Source: an uncultured delta proteobacterium (GTDB lineage Bacteria; Desulfobacterota; Desulfobacteria; Desulfobacterales; JAFDCJ01). From it: DNA of 64,000 nucleotides. Below, piece by piece: positions 1-9,256 of this stretch (the stretch's first letter is position 1; each line of letters opens with the position of its first letter). Under the pieces are notes generated by a model. The model did no database searches, was not told the DNA's origin, and saw only the letters and a program-made list of their open reading frames with translations. Location of the stretch: NCBI GenBank assembly GCA_963769935.1, contig CAVYNY010000038.1:1-64000 (forward strand). The letters run 5' to 3'. The translations under genes were made by a program, and so were the position numbers.

Positions 1-117
1 GGTTTTCGCCCCGGCCTCTGCCAGATCGGACTTAGCATCCAGCTTGTTGATATCGGCGTTCCATTCGTCCAATTGAGCTTTCAGCTTTTGCAAACAGGCG
101 TCTCTTTTCTCGTTCAT
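1..117 (-). CDS. Small coiled-coil stress-type protein (3' end outside window), paralogue of 3035..3325
   Basis: Manual translation MNEKRDACLQKLKAQLDEWNADINKLDAKSDLAEAGAKT; AAGGAG RBS upstream; aligns with MNDKRKAYEEKLDAQLKEWNAQI. Confidence 0.75.
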   Translation of the reverse strand, partial: MNEKRDACLQKLKAQLDEWNADINKLDAKSDLAEAGAKT

Positions 118-414
118 CTTAATCGTCTCCTTTCAGTTTGCATTTTCGATATTAATGATTCTGCGTCTCCTAACTATATGTGTATTAATTCCATACTTCA
201 ATGTGCAGTTCGTCACTTGTCCCAGGCCCCAATGCCTTCTTTAAGTTTAGCTCGCTTTTCCTTACACTGCACGTACGCAATCGTGCCTATTGCCCGTTGA
301 CGCTTGAAGTCCGGGTAAGCCTAAGCCCTGCGGTTCAGGCAAAGATTGTTCCGATAAGGTTGTCGTCCACCACCGGCAGAATACGCCACACCACATCAAA
401 GAACCGAAAAATTA

Positions 415-563
415 TGGCCATATATGACCATTGGTGATATGTAACCATAATATTTCGTTCAGTCCTCTCCTTAGGGCAGTCGTTCCCATATAAATTTTAG
501 GTGATAAATCAATACGTTGAGTTCATTATAGTTTAATTTTTTTAATCTGGCATGGAGTTTGAT
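415..563 (+). promoter_or_regulatory. Sigma54-type promoter module 1 (tandem enhancer, IHF site, -24/-12)
   Basis: TGGCCATATATGACCA-T-TGGTGATATGTAACCA 415-447; AATCAATACGTTG 507-519; TGGCATGGAGTTTGAT 548-563. Confidence 0.8.
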
Positions 564-608
564 CATACAATTTTGGACAGTTTAAATTTGACAGTTTAAA
601 TTTGTTTG

Positions 609-757
609 GATATGCACGAAGCGATCCAAGATATTGTGAAGGCCATGCGGGACTTGACAAAATATTTTTCCTGATTTCCATCCAGCGCCTTTGAATAACA
701 GTCGGCCTCTCAATCGAAATTCAAAAATAAGTTGTTTTTACCTGCAGGGGGTCACCC
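609..757 (+). pseudogene. 3' remnant plus downstream DNA of a paralogue of the 92-aa gene at 11426..11704
   Basis: MHEAIQDIVKAMRDLTKYFS* versus MHEAILDILKAMQDLKNKLF*; nucleotide similarity continues ~85 bp past the stop (cf. 11639-11787). Confidence 0.7.
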
Positions 758-760
758 GAA

Positions 761-2392
761 ATGGAAACGGAAACCATTTTGATCTTGCTGTTCGTTGTGG
801 CCACGGCCGTGGCGATCGCGGTGCAGCGTCTGGCCGTTCCCTACACAGTGGCCTTGGTCTTCACCGGCCTCGTGTTGGGGCTGCTGCATGCCTTCGAAGC
901 ACCCCACCTGACCAAGGCGCTGCTGTTCAACGTCTTCCTGCCGGGGCTGCTCTTCGAGGCCGCATTCCACATCGAGTTCAAGCAATTCTGGCGGAATCGC
1001 CTCACAATTAATTCTCTGGCCCTGCCCGGCGTGGTGGCGGCGATCGCGCTGACGGCCACGATTTTGACACCGGTCGCCAACGGTCTGCATTTCGTGCAGG
1101 ATTTCACCTGGAAACACGCGCTGGTGTTCGGCGCGATAATCTCCGCCACCGACCCCATCGCCGTCGTCGCGATCTTCAAGAGCCTGGGTGTCCCGAAACG
1201 TCTATCTGTGTTGCTCGATGGCGAGAGCCTCTTAAACGATGGCGTCGCCATCGTATTCTTTACGCTCAGTCTTGCGCTCGTGACGGGAACGGTCGTGACG
1301 GCCGGTGGATTGGCGCTCGATTTCATCAAGATTGTCGGAATCGGTGCACTCATTGGGGCGGGAGTCGGTCTGGCTGTTTCGCAAGTCATCAAGCAGGTGG
1401 ATGATCCGATGATCGAGATCACACTGACGACGATTGCGGCTTACGGTTCGTTCCTGGCCGCCGAGCACTTTCATTACTCCGGAGTGATTGCCACGGTATC
1501 GGCGGGTATGCTTTGCGGAAACTATGGTGCCCGTGTCGGTATGTCGCCATCGACCCGGATCGCCGTGGAGACTTTTTGGGAATACGTCGCTTTCGCTCTC
1601 AACTCCATCGTGTTCCTTCTGATTGGCCTCGAAGTGCACTTCCAGGCATTGCTGGCCTCCTGGCAGGCGATCCTGGTCGCCTACCTCGTGGTCACAGGAG
1701 GCAGGGCGCTGATCATCTTCGGCGCATCTTCGCTGCTGCGCAGGACGCGGGAACGAATTCCCTGGGCGTGGAGCGTGATTCTGACCTGGGGCGGGTTACG
1801 CGGCGGGTTGCCCATGGTGTTGGTACTCAGTCTTTCCATGGATTTTCCGCATAGGGGATTGCTGGTCTCGATGACCTTCGGGGTCGTCATTCTTTCGATC
1901 CTTGTCCACGGGTTGACAATGTCGCCTCTGCTGCGGTGGCTGGGGATTGTGCGCGGGCACCAGGAACGCGGCGTGTACGAGTTGACGCGCGGCAAGTTGC
2001 AGGCCGCCCATGCCGTCCTGGAGGAGCTCGACCGAATGTCGCACGTGCATTTCACCAATCCGGAGGTGCTCGCCGGTCTGCGCCGCGAATATGAACAAAA
2101 AGTTGAGCGCGATAGTGCGGCGCTGGATGAGCTGCATCTCGAGAGACAGCAACTTCACGCAGAGGAATTACAATGGGCTCGGCGGCATTTGCTGCTGGTG
2201 GAAAAAGGTGTGGTGATCGATGCCTTTCACCGTGGACACCTCAGTCAGACTGTCCAGGAGAAGTTGCTTGCGGATATCGATGCGCAGTTACTGCGTCTCG
2301 AATCGGGAGAAACGGACGAGCCTGACGAACAAGAACCGTCCCCAGACCGTACCGATGCAAATCACCCAACGGAATCGTTGGGGGCAAAATAA
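761..2392 (+). CDS. CPA1-family Na+/H+ antiporter (NhaP/NhaG-like)
   Basis: Multi-TM; SATDPIAV, GESLLNDG and WGGLRG motifs. Confidence 0.92.
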   Translation: METETILILLFVVATAVAIAVQRLAVPYTVALVFTGLVLGLLHAFEAPHLTKALLFNVFLPGLLFEAAFHIEFKQFWRNRLTINSLALPGVVAAIALTATILTPVANGLHFVQDFTWKHALVFGAIISATDPIAVVAIFKSLGVPKRLSVLLDGESLLNDGVAIVFFTLSLALVTGTVVTAGGLALDFIKIVGIGALIGAGVGLAVSQVIKQVDDPMIEITLTTIAAYGSFLAAEHFHYSGVIATVSAGMLCGNYGARVGMSPSTRIAVETFWEYVAFALNSIVFLLIGLEVHFQALLASWQAILVAYLVVTGGRALIIFGASSLLRRTRERIPWAWSVILTWGGLRGGLPMVLVLSLSMDFPHRGLLVSMTFGVVILSILVHGLTMSPLLRWLGIVRGHQERGVYELTRGKLQAAHAVLEELDRMSHVHFTNPEVLAGLRREYEQKVERDSAALDELHLERQQLHAEELQWARRHLLLVEKGVVIDAFHRGHLSQTVQEKLLADIDAQLLRLESGETDEPDEQEPSPDRTDANHPTESLGAK

Positions 2393-2440
2393 AACTACTG
2401 ACCCCGATAACATCGGCACGACATTTGAGGAGAGAAGGTC

Positions 2441-2510
2441 ATGACTCATAAGCAACTACAACACCGGTATGAAATCGGCCTGGTCGGTCTGGGCGTCATG
2501 GGTTGCAATC
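2441..2510 (+). pseudogene. gnd: N-terminal remnant of 6-phosphogluconate dehydrogenase
   Basis: RBS GAGGAG then MTHKQLQHRYEIGLVGLGVMGCN (Rossmann IGLVGLGVMG); similarity is lost afterwards. Confidence 0.6.
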
Positions 2511-2571
2511 GCTGCTTCAGATTCAATCTGCCTTTATCATTTGCACCCATAACAACAGGGAGACCTAAAAA

Positions 2572-2720
2572 TGGTTATATATGACCAGTGGTTAAATACG
2601 ACCTTTTTTATGTGCCTATCAATGACCGCCCTGTAAATTCTATTTTAACTAATTATTCATATAAATCAGAGTGATGGGTGACGCGACGCCGAGTGGTAGA
2701 AGCCTGGCATAAAAATTGAA
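2572..2720 (+). promoter_or_regulatory. Sigma54-type promoter module 2
   Basis: TGGTTATATATGACCA-G-TGGTTAAATACGACCT 2572-2604; AATCAGAGTGATG at 2664; TGGCATAAAAATTGAA 2705-2720. Confidence 0.75.
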
Positions 2721-2776
2721 GATATACGATAGTGAATAACGGAACAAACATTTGATAAAAGACAGGAGTAATACCA

Positions 2777-2998
2777 ATGAAAACATACGCGTTGATAGGC
2801 ATCATCCTTATCGTGATCGGAATCTTCGCATTCGCGTATCAGGGCTTTACCTTTACGACCAGAGAGAAGGTCGTCGATCTCGGTCCCATCCACCTGACGG
2901 CTGAGAAGACGAGAACACTTCCGCTTCCGCCGATCGTGGGTGGTATTTGCCTCGTGGGCGGCATCGTGTTGCTGGTCGTGGGGAAGAAGAAGGGATGA
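2777..2998 (+). CDS. DUF3185-like small membrane protein
   Basis: Two TM helices flanking TTREKVVDLGPIHLTAEK; AGGAG RBS. Confidence 0.8.
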   Translation: MKTYALIGIILIVIGIFAFAYQGFTFTTREKVVDLGPIHLTAEKTRTLPLPPIVGGICLVGGIVLLVVGKKKG

Positions 2999-3034
2999 TG
3001 GAAGGCTAAATTTTTCAATCACGGAGGTTCTCTT

Positions 3035-3325
3035 ATGAATGACAAAAGAAAAGCGTACGAAGAAAAGCTCGATGCACAGTTAAAGGAATGGAACGCGCAG
3101 ATCACTCTGCTCAGAGCCAAGGCGAAAAATGCCAAGGCCGGCGCGAAGGTCGATTACTATAAAACCATCGAGGCCTTGGAGCAGAAACAGGATAAGGCCA
3201 AGACCAAGCTGCAAGAGTTGAAGACCGCCGGCGATGAGGCATGGGAAGCCGTTAAAACAGGCGCGGAAAAAGCTTGGGCTGAAGTCAAGACCGCCTATCA
3301 TGATGCGGCCTCAAGGTTCAAATAA
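3035..3325 (+). CDS. Small coiled-coil stress-type protein
   Basis: Helical Lys/Ala/Glu-rich; LKTAGDEAWEAVKTGAEKAW motif; GGAGG RBS. Confidence 0.8.
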   Translation: MNDKRKAYEEKLDAQLKEWNAQITLLRAKAKNAKAGAKVDYYKTIEALEQKQDKAKTKLQELKTAGDEAWEAVKTGAEKAWAEVKTAYHDAASRFK

Positions 3326-3358
3326 AAAGATTTTGGCGGTGTTGGAAAGGAGGCGAAC

Positions 3359-3508
3359 ATGCTTTGGACCATATTTGTGATTCTCTTAGTTCTGTGGGGG
3401 CTGGGATTGATGACCGGCTACACGCTGGGCGGCGTCATTCATGTTTTGCTGGTCATCGCCATCATTGTGGTGCTGATCCAATTTATTCAAGGCCGAAGAC
3501 GAGTGTAA
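3359..3508 (+). CDS. lmo0937-family small membrane protein, 49 aa (not in ORF track)
   Basis: MLWTIFVILLVLWGLGLMTGYTLGGVIHVLLVIAIIVVLIQFIQGRRRV; AAGGAGG RBS. Confidence 0.88.
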   Translation: MLWTIFVILLVLWGLGLMTGYTLGGVIHVLLVIAIIVVLIQFIQGRRRV

Positions 3509-3704
3509 CCATTTGGACCTCCGCCGGGACAGGCGGAGGTGTTTACAGAAAGAAGTACCTGCTAAGAGCCCGAGGAGCTGAAACATGATTCTCCATAAAA
3601 AAAAGGTTTTGTTCATAACAACGGGCGTCATCACGCTGGTTATCTTGGCAGGCAGGGTGAAGAGTGCACGGCATTTTACTCAGGTTCAGGAGAAGGGCGT
3701 CCTC

Positions 3705-4154
3705 ATGAGAGTTCGGTGCGTTGCATTGTTTGCAGGGCTGGTGTTGGCGGGTCTTCCTGCCGCCGCCTTGGCCCAATCATCATGCACTGGAATTCACATA
3801 AAGATTCTGAATATCAGAAACAGCACTGGAACCGCAGCTTGTGCGCTTTTCGAATCGCCGGAGGGTTTCCCCATTGAGTTTCTGCACTATGCAACCAATA
3901 TCATGGCAATAAAAATTCGGGATACACAGGCACGTTGCGACTTTCTATACATCCCGCCGGGAACGTATGCCCTTGCCGTTATTCATGATGAAAATATGAA
4001 CGGCAAGCTTGACACCAAATGGTTGGGGATACCAACGGAAGGCTATGGCTTTTCAAACGACGCAAAGGCCTTTCTCAGCGCGCCTTCGTTTTCCGCAGCC
4101 AGCTTCGGCTACGACGGGCAAGACATGGAGCTGACAATCAGATTACATTATTAG
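3705..4154 (+). CDS. DUF2141-family secreted protein
   Basis: Signal peptide; PGTYALAVIHDENMNGKLD...GIPTEGYGFSND motif; start placed at ATG 3705 by RBS. Confidence 0.85.
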   Translation: MRVRCVALFAGLVLAGLPAAALAQSSCTGIHIKILNIRNSTGTAACALFESPEGFPIEFLHYATNIMAIKIRDTQARCDFLYIPPGTYALAVIHDENMNGKLDTKWLGIPTEGYGFSNDAKAFLSAPSFSAASFGYDGQDMELTIRLHY

Positions 4155-4226
4155 GCGTTTTTATGCAGTATCGTAAGACACTATTCGAAGCCTGTGTAGA
4201 AGTTTATGGCTTGTAAAGGGAGGCCC

Positions 4227-5489
4227 ATGGATGTCCCGCTGATCGAATTCAAGGACGTGACCAAGCGGTTCGGACGCCGAACAATCCTCGAGCGCGTCAA
4301 CCTGAAGATCTATGAGGAGCAGGTCACGACCATTATAGGCCTAAGCGGTTCAGGCAAGAGCGTTCTGCTCAAACACATCATCGGGTTGCTCAAGCCGGAC
4401 GAGGGTACCATTCTTTTCCGGGGTAAACCCTTCCACCAGATGGGAAAGAAGGGCATAGCCGCTTGTTTAGGCCAGATGAGTTACATGTTTCAAGGCGACG
4501 CTCTCTTCGACTCGATGACGGTCTATGAGAATGTGGCCATCCCCATTCGGGAAACGATGAACTTGAGCAAGGCGGAAATCGATCGCAGGGTCATGGCCAG
4601 AATCGAACAGGCAGAGCTCGGCGAAGCCGCGCTGAAATTTCCCTCGCAGATTTCAGGGGGTATGCGAAAGAGAGTCGCACTGGCGCGGGCCCTGATCACC
4701 GATCCCCACATTGTCCTTTTTGACGAACCCACCACAGGGTTGGATCCTGTTCGCAAAAATGCGATCCTGAGCATGATTGCCCAATATCACAAAAAATTCG
4801 GTCTTACTGCGATTCTGGTCAGCCATGAGATTCCGGATATTTTTTTCATCTCGAACCGGATTCTCGCCCTCTACGATCAAACGATCGTTTTTCAGGGCAC
4901 ACCGGAGGAACTCGAGGCCTTTGAGCATCCTTTCAAGGATGAAGTTCTCAAGAGCATCGAAGGCTTGCAGGAAGAATTAACCGGCCTCTATTCCAGACGA
5001 TATTTTAAGGTGCGGTATCAAACCGAGCTGAAGCGTGCAGCATTTCGTGAGACTTATGCGATTGTGGTTTTTACGATGGAGAACCTGGACACCATCAGCG
5101 CCGGCTTGGGTCATAAAGCGGCGCCGGAGGCTATCCGATGCATAGGCGTGTATATCGATAAACACTTTGGCGCTGTGGGCGGGTTCTCCACCCGTCAAAA
5201 GATCAATGAATTTGTGACGGTGCTCCCCAATTCGGATAGGGTTGAAGCTGAAGGTATTCTCAAAAATTTTACCACGGATATTCAAGAGCAGGGAATCCGT
5301 CAGATTCATACCGGAGCCAACAAGAGGGCCGCTTCTATGGTAAACCTTGAATTCGCGATCCGTGCCGGAATTGCCCAGGGCCCTCAAGGCCAAACCACTG
5401 TCGAATTGGAATCCATCATAGCGCTTGCGAAAGATGACCAGAAGGAGATCGCCCGACTCCGCTGCGGCGCGTGGGGTTGTGCGAATTGA
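4227..5489 (+). CDS. MlaF/Ttg2A-like ABC ATPase fused to a degenerate GGDEF-like domain
   Basis: GLSGSGKS, ISGGMRKR, LFDEPTTGLD; C-terminal ELTGLYSRRYF...KINEFVTVLP. Confidence 0.8.
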   Translation: MDVPLIEFKDVTKRFGRRTILERVNLKIYEEQVTTIIGLSGSGKSVLLKHIIGLLKPDEGTILFRGKPFHQMGKKGIAACLGQMSYMFQGDALFDSMTVYENVAIPIRETMNLSKAEIDRRVMARIEQAELGEAALKFPSQISGGMRKRVALARALITDPHIVLFDEPTTGLDPVRKNAILSMIAQYHKKFGLTAILVSHEIPDIFFISNRILALYDQTIVFQGTPEELEAFEHPFKDEVLKSIEGLQEELTGLYSRRYFKVRYQTELKRAAFRETYAIVVFTMENLDTISAGLGHKAAPEAIRCIGVYIDKHFGAVGGFSTRQKINEFVTVLPNSDRVEAEGILKNFTTDIQEQGIRQIHTGANKRAASMVNLEFAIRAGIAQGPQGQTTVELESIIALAKDDQKEIARLRCGAWGCAN

Positions 5490-5538
5490 AAGAATGCGCC
5501 TGCTGAAAATGGGGTATTTTAGAAAAGGAAGGTAACTT

Positions 5539-7014
5539 ATGGTAGCTCATCCGGATGCAAAACGAAAAGATGTCCTGGAACAGATCGCCCGCCGGGCCAT
5601 GCAAAAATATGGCTTTCTGCCCGATTTCTCAGCGGACGCCCTTAGAGAACTGGAGAAGGTGCAGCAAGTAGATCGTGAGGCAGAATTTCCCGGAATAGAC
5701 CTGCGCCACCTGCTCTGGGTATCCATTGACAATGATGATTCCCTGGACCTGGACCAACTGACGGTGGCGGAGGAGCTGACGGATTCACAGGTGAAAGTTT
5801 TGGTGGCCGTCGCCGACGTGGCGGCCCTCGTCAAGAAGAACTCGGCCATCGATGCACACGCCCGCCACAACACGACTTCGGTCTACACCGCCGGCAGGAT
5901 TTTTCCCATGCTGCCGGAGAAACTCTCCACGGATCTCACCTCACTCAACTATCATGAAGACCGCCCGGCCATAGTCATCGAAATACTGATCGGCGACGGA
6001 GGTGCGATGCAAGGCTCGGATATCTATCGTGCCCGGGTGCACAACCAGGCCAAGCTTGCCTACAACAGCGTAGCGGCCTGGCTGGAAGGCAAGGGGCCCA
6101 TGCCGGAGGCCGTGGCGGTGGTCCCGGGGCTGGCCGAGAATCTCCGGCTCCAGGACCGGGTGGCGCAGCAATTGAAAGCCCTGCGGCATGTGCACGGTGC
6201 CCTGGATCTCCAGACGCTGGAAGCCCGCCCCGTCTTTGCCGGAGACGAGATCCAGGATCTGCAGGCGGATGAGCGCAACCGCGCCAAGGAGATCATCGAG
6301 GACTTCATGATTGCGGCCAACGGCGTGACCGCGCGTTTTCTGCACGGGAAGAAAATCGCCTCCTTGAGGCGCATGGTCCGCTCCCCCAAGCGCTGGAAGC
6401 GGATCGTCGAGATCGCGTCCCAGCACAATTTCAAGCTTCCGGAGCAGCCGGATTCGAAGTCGCTCGAAGGATTCCTGGCCGCGCAGAAATCCGCCGACCC
6501 ACTCCGCTTTCCCGATCTGTCGCTTGCCGTCATCAAACTGCTAGGGCCGGGTGAATATGTCGTCGAAACGCCGGACGAGGCGACCCCCGGCCACTTCGGT
6601 TTGGCCGTCAAGGATTACACGCACTCAACGGCTCCCAACCGGCGGTTTCCGGACCTGATCACCCAGCGCATCCTGAAGGCCGCTTTAGAGGGGTCGCCCC
6701 TGTCCTACAGCCGGGACGAATTGACGGAACTGGCCCGCCACTGCACGGAGAAGGAAAATGATGCCAACAAGGTGGAGCGACTGGTTACCAAATCAGCCGC
6801 GGCCATGCTGCTCTCCTCAAGGATCGGAGACCGGTTTGACGCCATCTGCACGGGCGCGGCCGACAAAGGGACATGGGTCCGCATCTTTAAGCCCCCGATC
6901 GAAGGCCGGCTGCTTTATGGGGTGGAAGGCGTCGATGTGGGCCTCCGGCTCAAGGTGCAACTTATCCGCACGGATGTGGAGAAGGGGTATATCGATTTCA
7001 AGAAGGTTCAATAA
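5539..7014 (+). CDS. RNB-domain exoribonuclease (RNase II/R family)
   Basis: SIDNDDSLDLDQ acidic motif; YTHSTAPNRRFPDL. Confidence 0.92.
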   Translation: MVAHPDAKRKDVLEQIARRAMQKYGFLPDFSADALRELEKVQQVDREAEFPGIDLRHLLWVSIDNDDSLDLDQLTVAEELTDSQVKVLVAVADVAALVKKNSAIDAHARHNTTSVYTAGRIFPMLPEKLSTDLTSLNYHEDRPAIVIEILIGDGGAMQGSDIYRARVHNQAKLAYNSVAAWLEGKGPMPEAVAVVPGLAENLRLQDRVAQQLKALRHVHGALDLQTLEARPVFAGDEIQDLQADERNRAKEIIEDFMIAANGVTARFLHGKKIASLRRMVRSPKRWKRIVEIASQHNFKLPEQPDSKSLEGFLAAQKSADPLRFPDLSLAVIKLLGPGEYVVETPDEATPGHFGLAVKDYTHSTAPNRRFPDLITQRILKAALEGSPLSYSRDELTELARHCTEKENDANKVERLVTKSAAAMLLSSRIGDRFDAICTGAADKGTWVRIFKPPIEGRLLYGVEGVDVGLRLKVQLIRTDVEKGYIDFKKVQ

Positions 7015-7099
7015 CAGGTCTTGCCTCACATAATAACACCGTCAGCTCGTATTCCTTCACGCAGAATACTCCACACCCCGTCAAGGATCCAAAAGGCGA

Positions 7100-7249
7100 T
7101 GGTTATATATGACCATTGGTCATATGCAACCATGATATTGCGTTCAGTCCTCTCTCTATTGGCAGTCGCTTTTATAAAAGTATTAATAGATAAATCAATA
7201 TGTTGAAATCAATATAGTTATACTTTTCCAATCTGGCACGAAGTTTGAT
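7100..7249 (+). promoter_or_regulatory. Sigma54-type promoter module 3
   Basis: TGGTTATATATGACCA-T-TGGTCATATGCAACCA 7100-7132; AATCAATATGTTG 7193-7205; TGGCACGAAGTTTGAT 7234-7249. Confidence 0.85.
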
Positions 7250-7413
7250 TATATGATCAGGGAAAGTTTAAATTCTTGGCAAACGCGCTGATGGAAACAG
7301 TTCCAATTTTAGTTACGGCTATCAATAATTTCGGATCCATGGAAAGCATAAAAAAATGAAATTGATATAAATTCGCTTTGCTAGGACCTAAATTAATTCC
7401 AAAGGAGGGAAAA

Positions 7414-7587
7414 ATGACAAATATCTTGACCAAGGATGTCCAAACCTATGTCAGGGAACTGATTTCAAAGGAGTTCGGATCCGTCCACAGGGAAAATACT
7501 CATTCGGAGAACCGAATATCAATCAACCGTGAACCTCAGACACAGCCACAACAATCAGCCGTGTTGGGCCAAAAGGTAGAAGGATAA
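7414..7587 (+). CDS. Small hypothetical protein, 57 aa
   Basis: AAGGAGG RBS; first ORF with an RBS after promoter module 3. Confidence 0.55.
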   Translation: MTNILTKDVQTYVRELISKEFGSVHRENTHSENRISINREPQTQPQQSAVLGQKVEG

Positions 7588-7725
7588 ACAAACTGAATTT
7601 GTTGGAATACGATTCCGGGCAAAAAAACCACCGAATTTATATCAATTCAGGGGCTTCGCTGCGATTGAAATGAAGGTAAGGAGGGCTTCCGTGATCATTA
7701 TAAGAGCAGAAAGGAGTCTCAAGAC

Positions 7726-9204
7726 ATGAACGTTCTCCTGATTTACCCCAAATTTCCGGATACGTTTTGGTCTTTCAAATACGCTTTAACTTTCATTCGC
7801 AAGAAAGCCGCCAACCCGCCGCTCGGCCTGCTCACTGTCGCGGCCATGCTGCCTGATGAATTTCAAAAGCGCCTGATGGATATGAACGTGGATTGCCTTA
7901 CCGATGACGACCTCTCATGGGCGGATATGGCCTTTATCGGGGGCATGACGGTTCAACGGGACGCGGCCAAACAAATCATCGCCCATTGCAAGCGGAGTGG
8001 GTTGAAGGTCGTCGCGGGCGGACCGCTTTTCACTGCGGAACCGGATGCATTCGGGGAGGTGGACCATCTTGTCCTCGACGAGGCCGAACTAACATTGCCG
8101 TCTTTTCTTGAGGACTTGAAAAACGGGCGTCCGAAAAAAATTTACAGGGCATCCGGTTTCTGCGACCTTCGCCACACCCCCATCCCGGCATGGCATTTGA
8201 TACGCATGAAAAAATATGCGTCAATGAGCCTTCAGTTTTCCAGAGGATGCCCGTTCAACTGTGAGTTTTGTAACGTGACGACTCTTTTCGGTCATCGGCC
8301 CCGCATGAAAACACCTCAACAGGTCATTGCAGAACTGGACTATTTTTATGATGCCGGTTGGCGCGGCAATATTTTTTTTGTTGACGACAATTTTATCGGC
8401 AACAAACAATATCTGAAGACAAGTCTGTTGCCGGCGCTGATCGAATGGCGCAAGAATAAAAAGGGATGTGTCTTTTATACGGAAGCCTCGATAAACTTGG
8501 CCGACGACCCTGAACTGCTGAACCTTATGGTCAGAGCGGGATTTGATTCGGTGTTTATCGGAATCGAATCACCCGATGAGGAAAGCCTCACGGAATGCCG
8601 CAAAAATCAAAACAAAAACCGGGATCTCCTTCAAAATGTCAAAATTATCCAACATTCCGGATTACAGGTTACGGCCGGGTTTATTATCGGCTTCGACAGC
8701 GACACCCCGTCCACCTTTCAGCGGCAGATCGATTTCATTCAGAAAAGCGGTATCGTAACCGCCATGGTCGGAATACTGAATGCCCCGCCGGGGACCAAGC
8801 TTTTTGAGCGGCTTCAGAGGGAAGACCGCGTGATCGGTAAGGTCTCCGGCGACAATGTGGATGGAACTACCAATATTATTCCGAAAATGGGTTTGCCCGG
8901 GCTTTTGGAAGGCTACCGGTCGATTATGGGGCATATTTATTCTCCCAGGCACTACTACCGGCGTGTGAGGACATTTCTTGCCGAATTCGGAACTCCTCGG
9001 GCCCGAACGCCCATGGATTTCCGGCGCGTCCTCGCATTCTTTCAGTCCAGCTTGCGGCTCGGCATTTTGGGGAAGGAACGGTTCCAGTACTGGTATCTGC
9101 TGCTCTGGACCATGATCCGCAGACCCAGGCTATTACCATTGGCCGTCACTCTTGCAATATACGGCCATCACTTCCGGAAGATATGCGACTTGTATATTCT
9201 GTGA
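7726..9204 (+). CDS. B12-binding radical SAM protein (DUF4070, HpnP-like)
   Basis: YPKFPDTFWSF, PPLGLLTVAA; RGCPFNCEFC CxxxCxxC. Confidence 0.9.
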   Translation: MNVLLIYPKFPDTFWSFKYALTFIRKKAANPPLGLLTVAAMLPDEFQKRLMDMNVDCLTDDDLSWADMAFIGGMTVQRDAAKQIIAHCKRSGLKVVAGGPLFTAEPDAFGEVDHLVLDEAELTLPSFLEDLKNGRPKKIYRASGFCDLRHTPIPAWHLIRMKKYASMSLQFSRGCPFNCEFCNVTTLFGHRPRMKTPQQVIAELDYFYDAGWRGNIFFVDDNFIGNKQYLKTSLLPALIEWRKNKKGCVFYTEASINLADDPELLNLMVRAGFDSVFIGIESPDEESLTECRKNQNKNRDLLQNVKIIQHSGLQVTAGFIIGFDSDTPSTFQRQIDFIQKSGIVTAMVGILNAPPGTKLFERLQREDRVIGKVSGDNVDGTTNIIPKMGLPGLLEGYRSIMGHIYSPRHYYRRVRTFLAEFGTPRARTPMDFRRVLAFFQSSLRLGILGKERFQYWYLLLWTMIRRPRLLPLAVTLAIYGHHFRKICDLYIL

Positions 9205-9256
9205 ATGGAATATTTACCATGCCGATGGTGACACGTTTTGAAAGGAGAATGCGACC

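Noticed and set aside
415..447. Tandem palindromes as CRISPR repeats or terminators
   Set aside because: Dispersed, no spacers or cas genes, and a fixed distance to promoter cores fits activator sites
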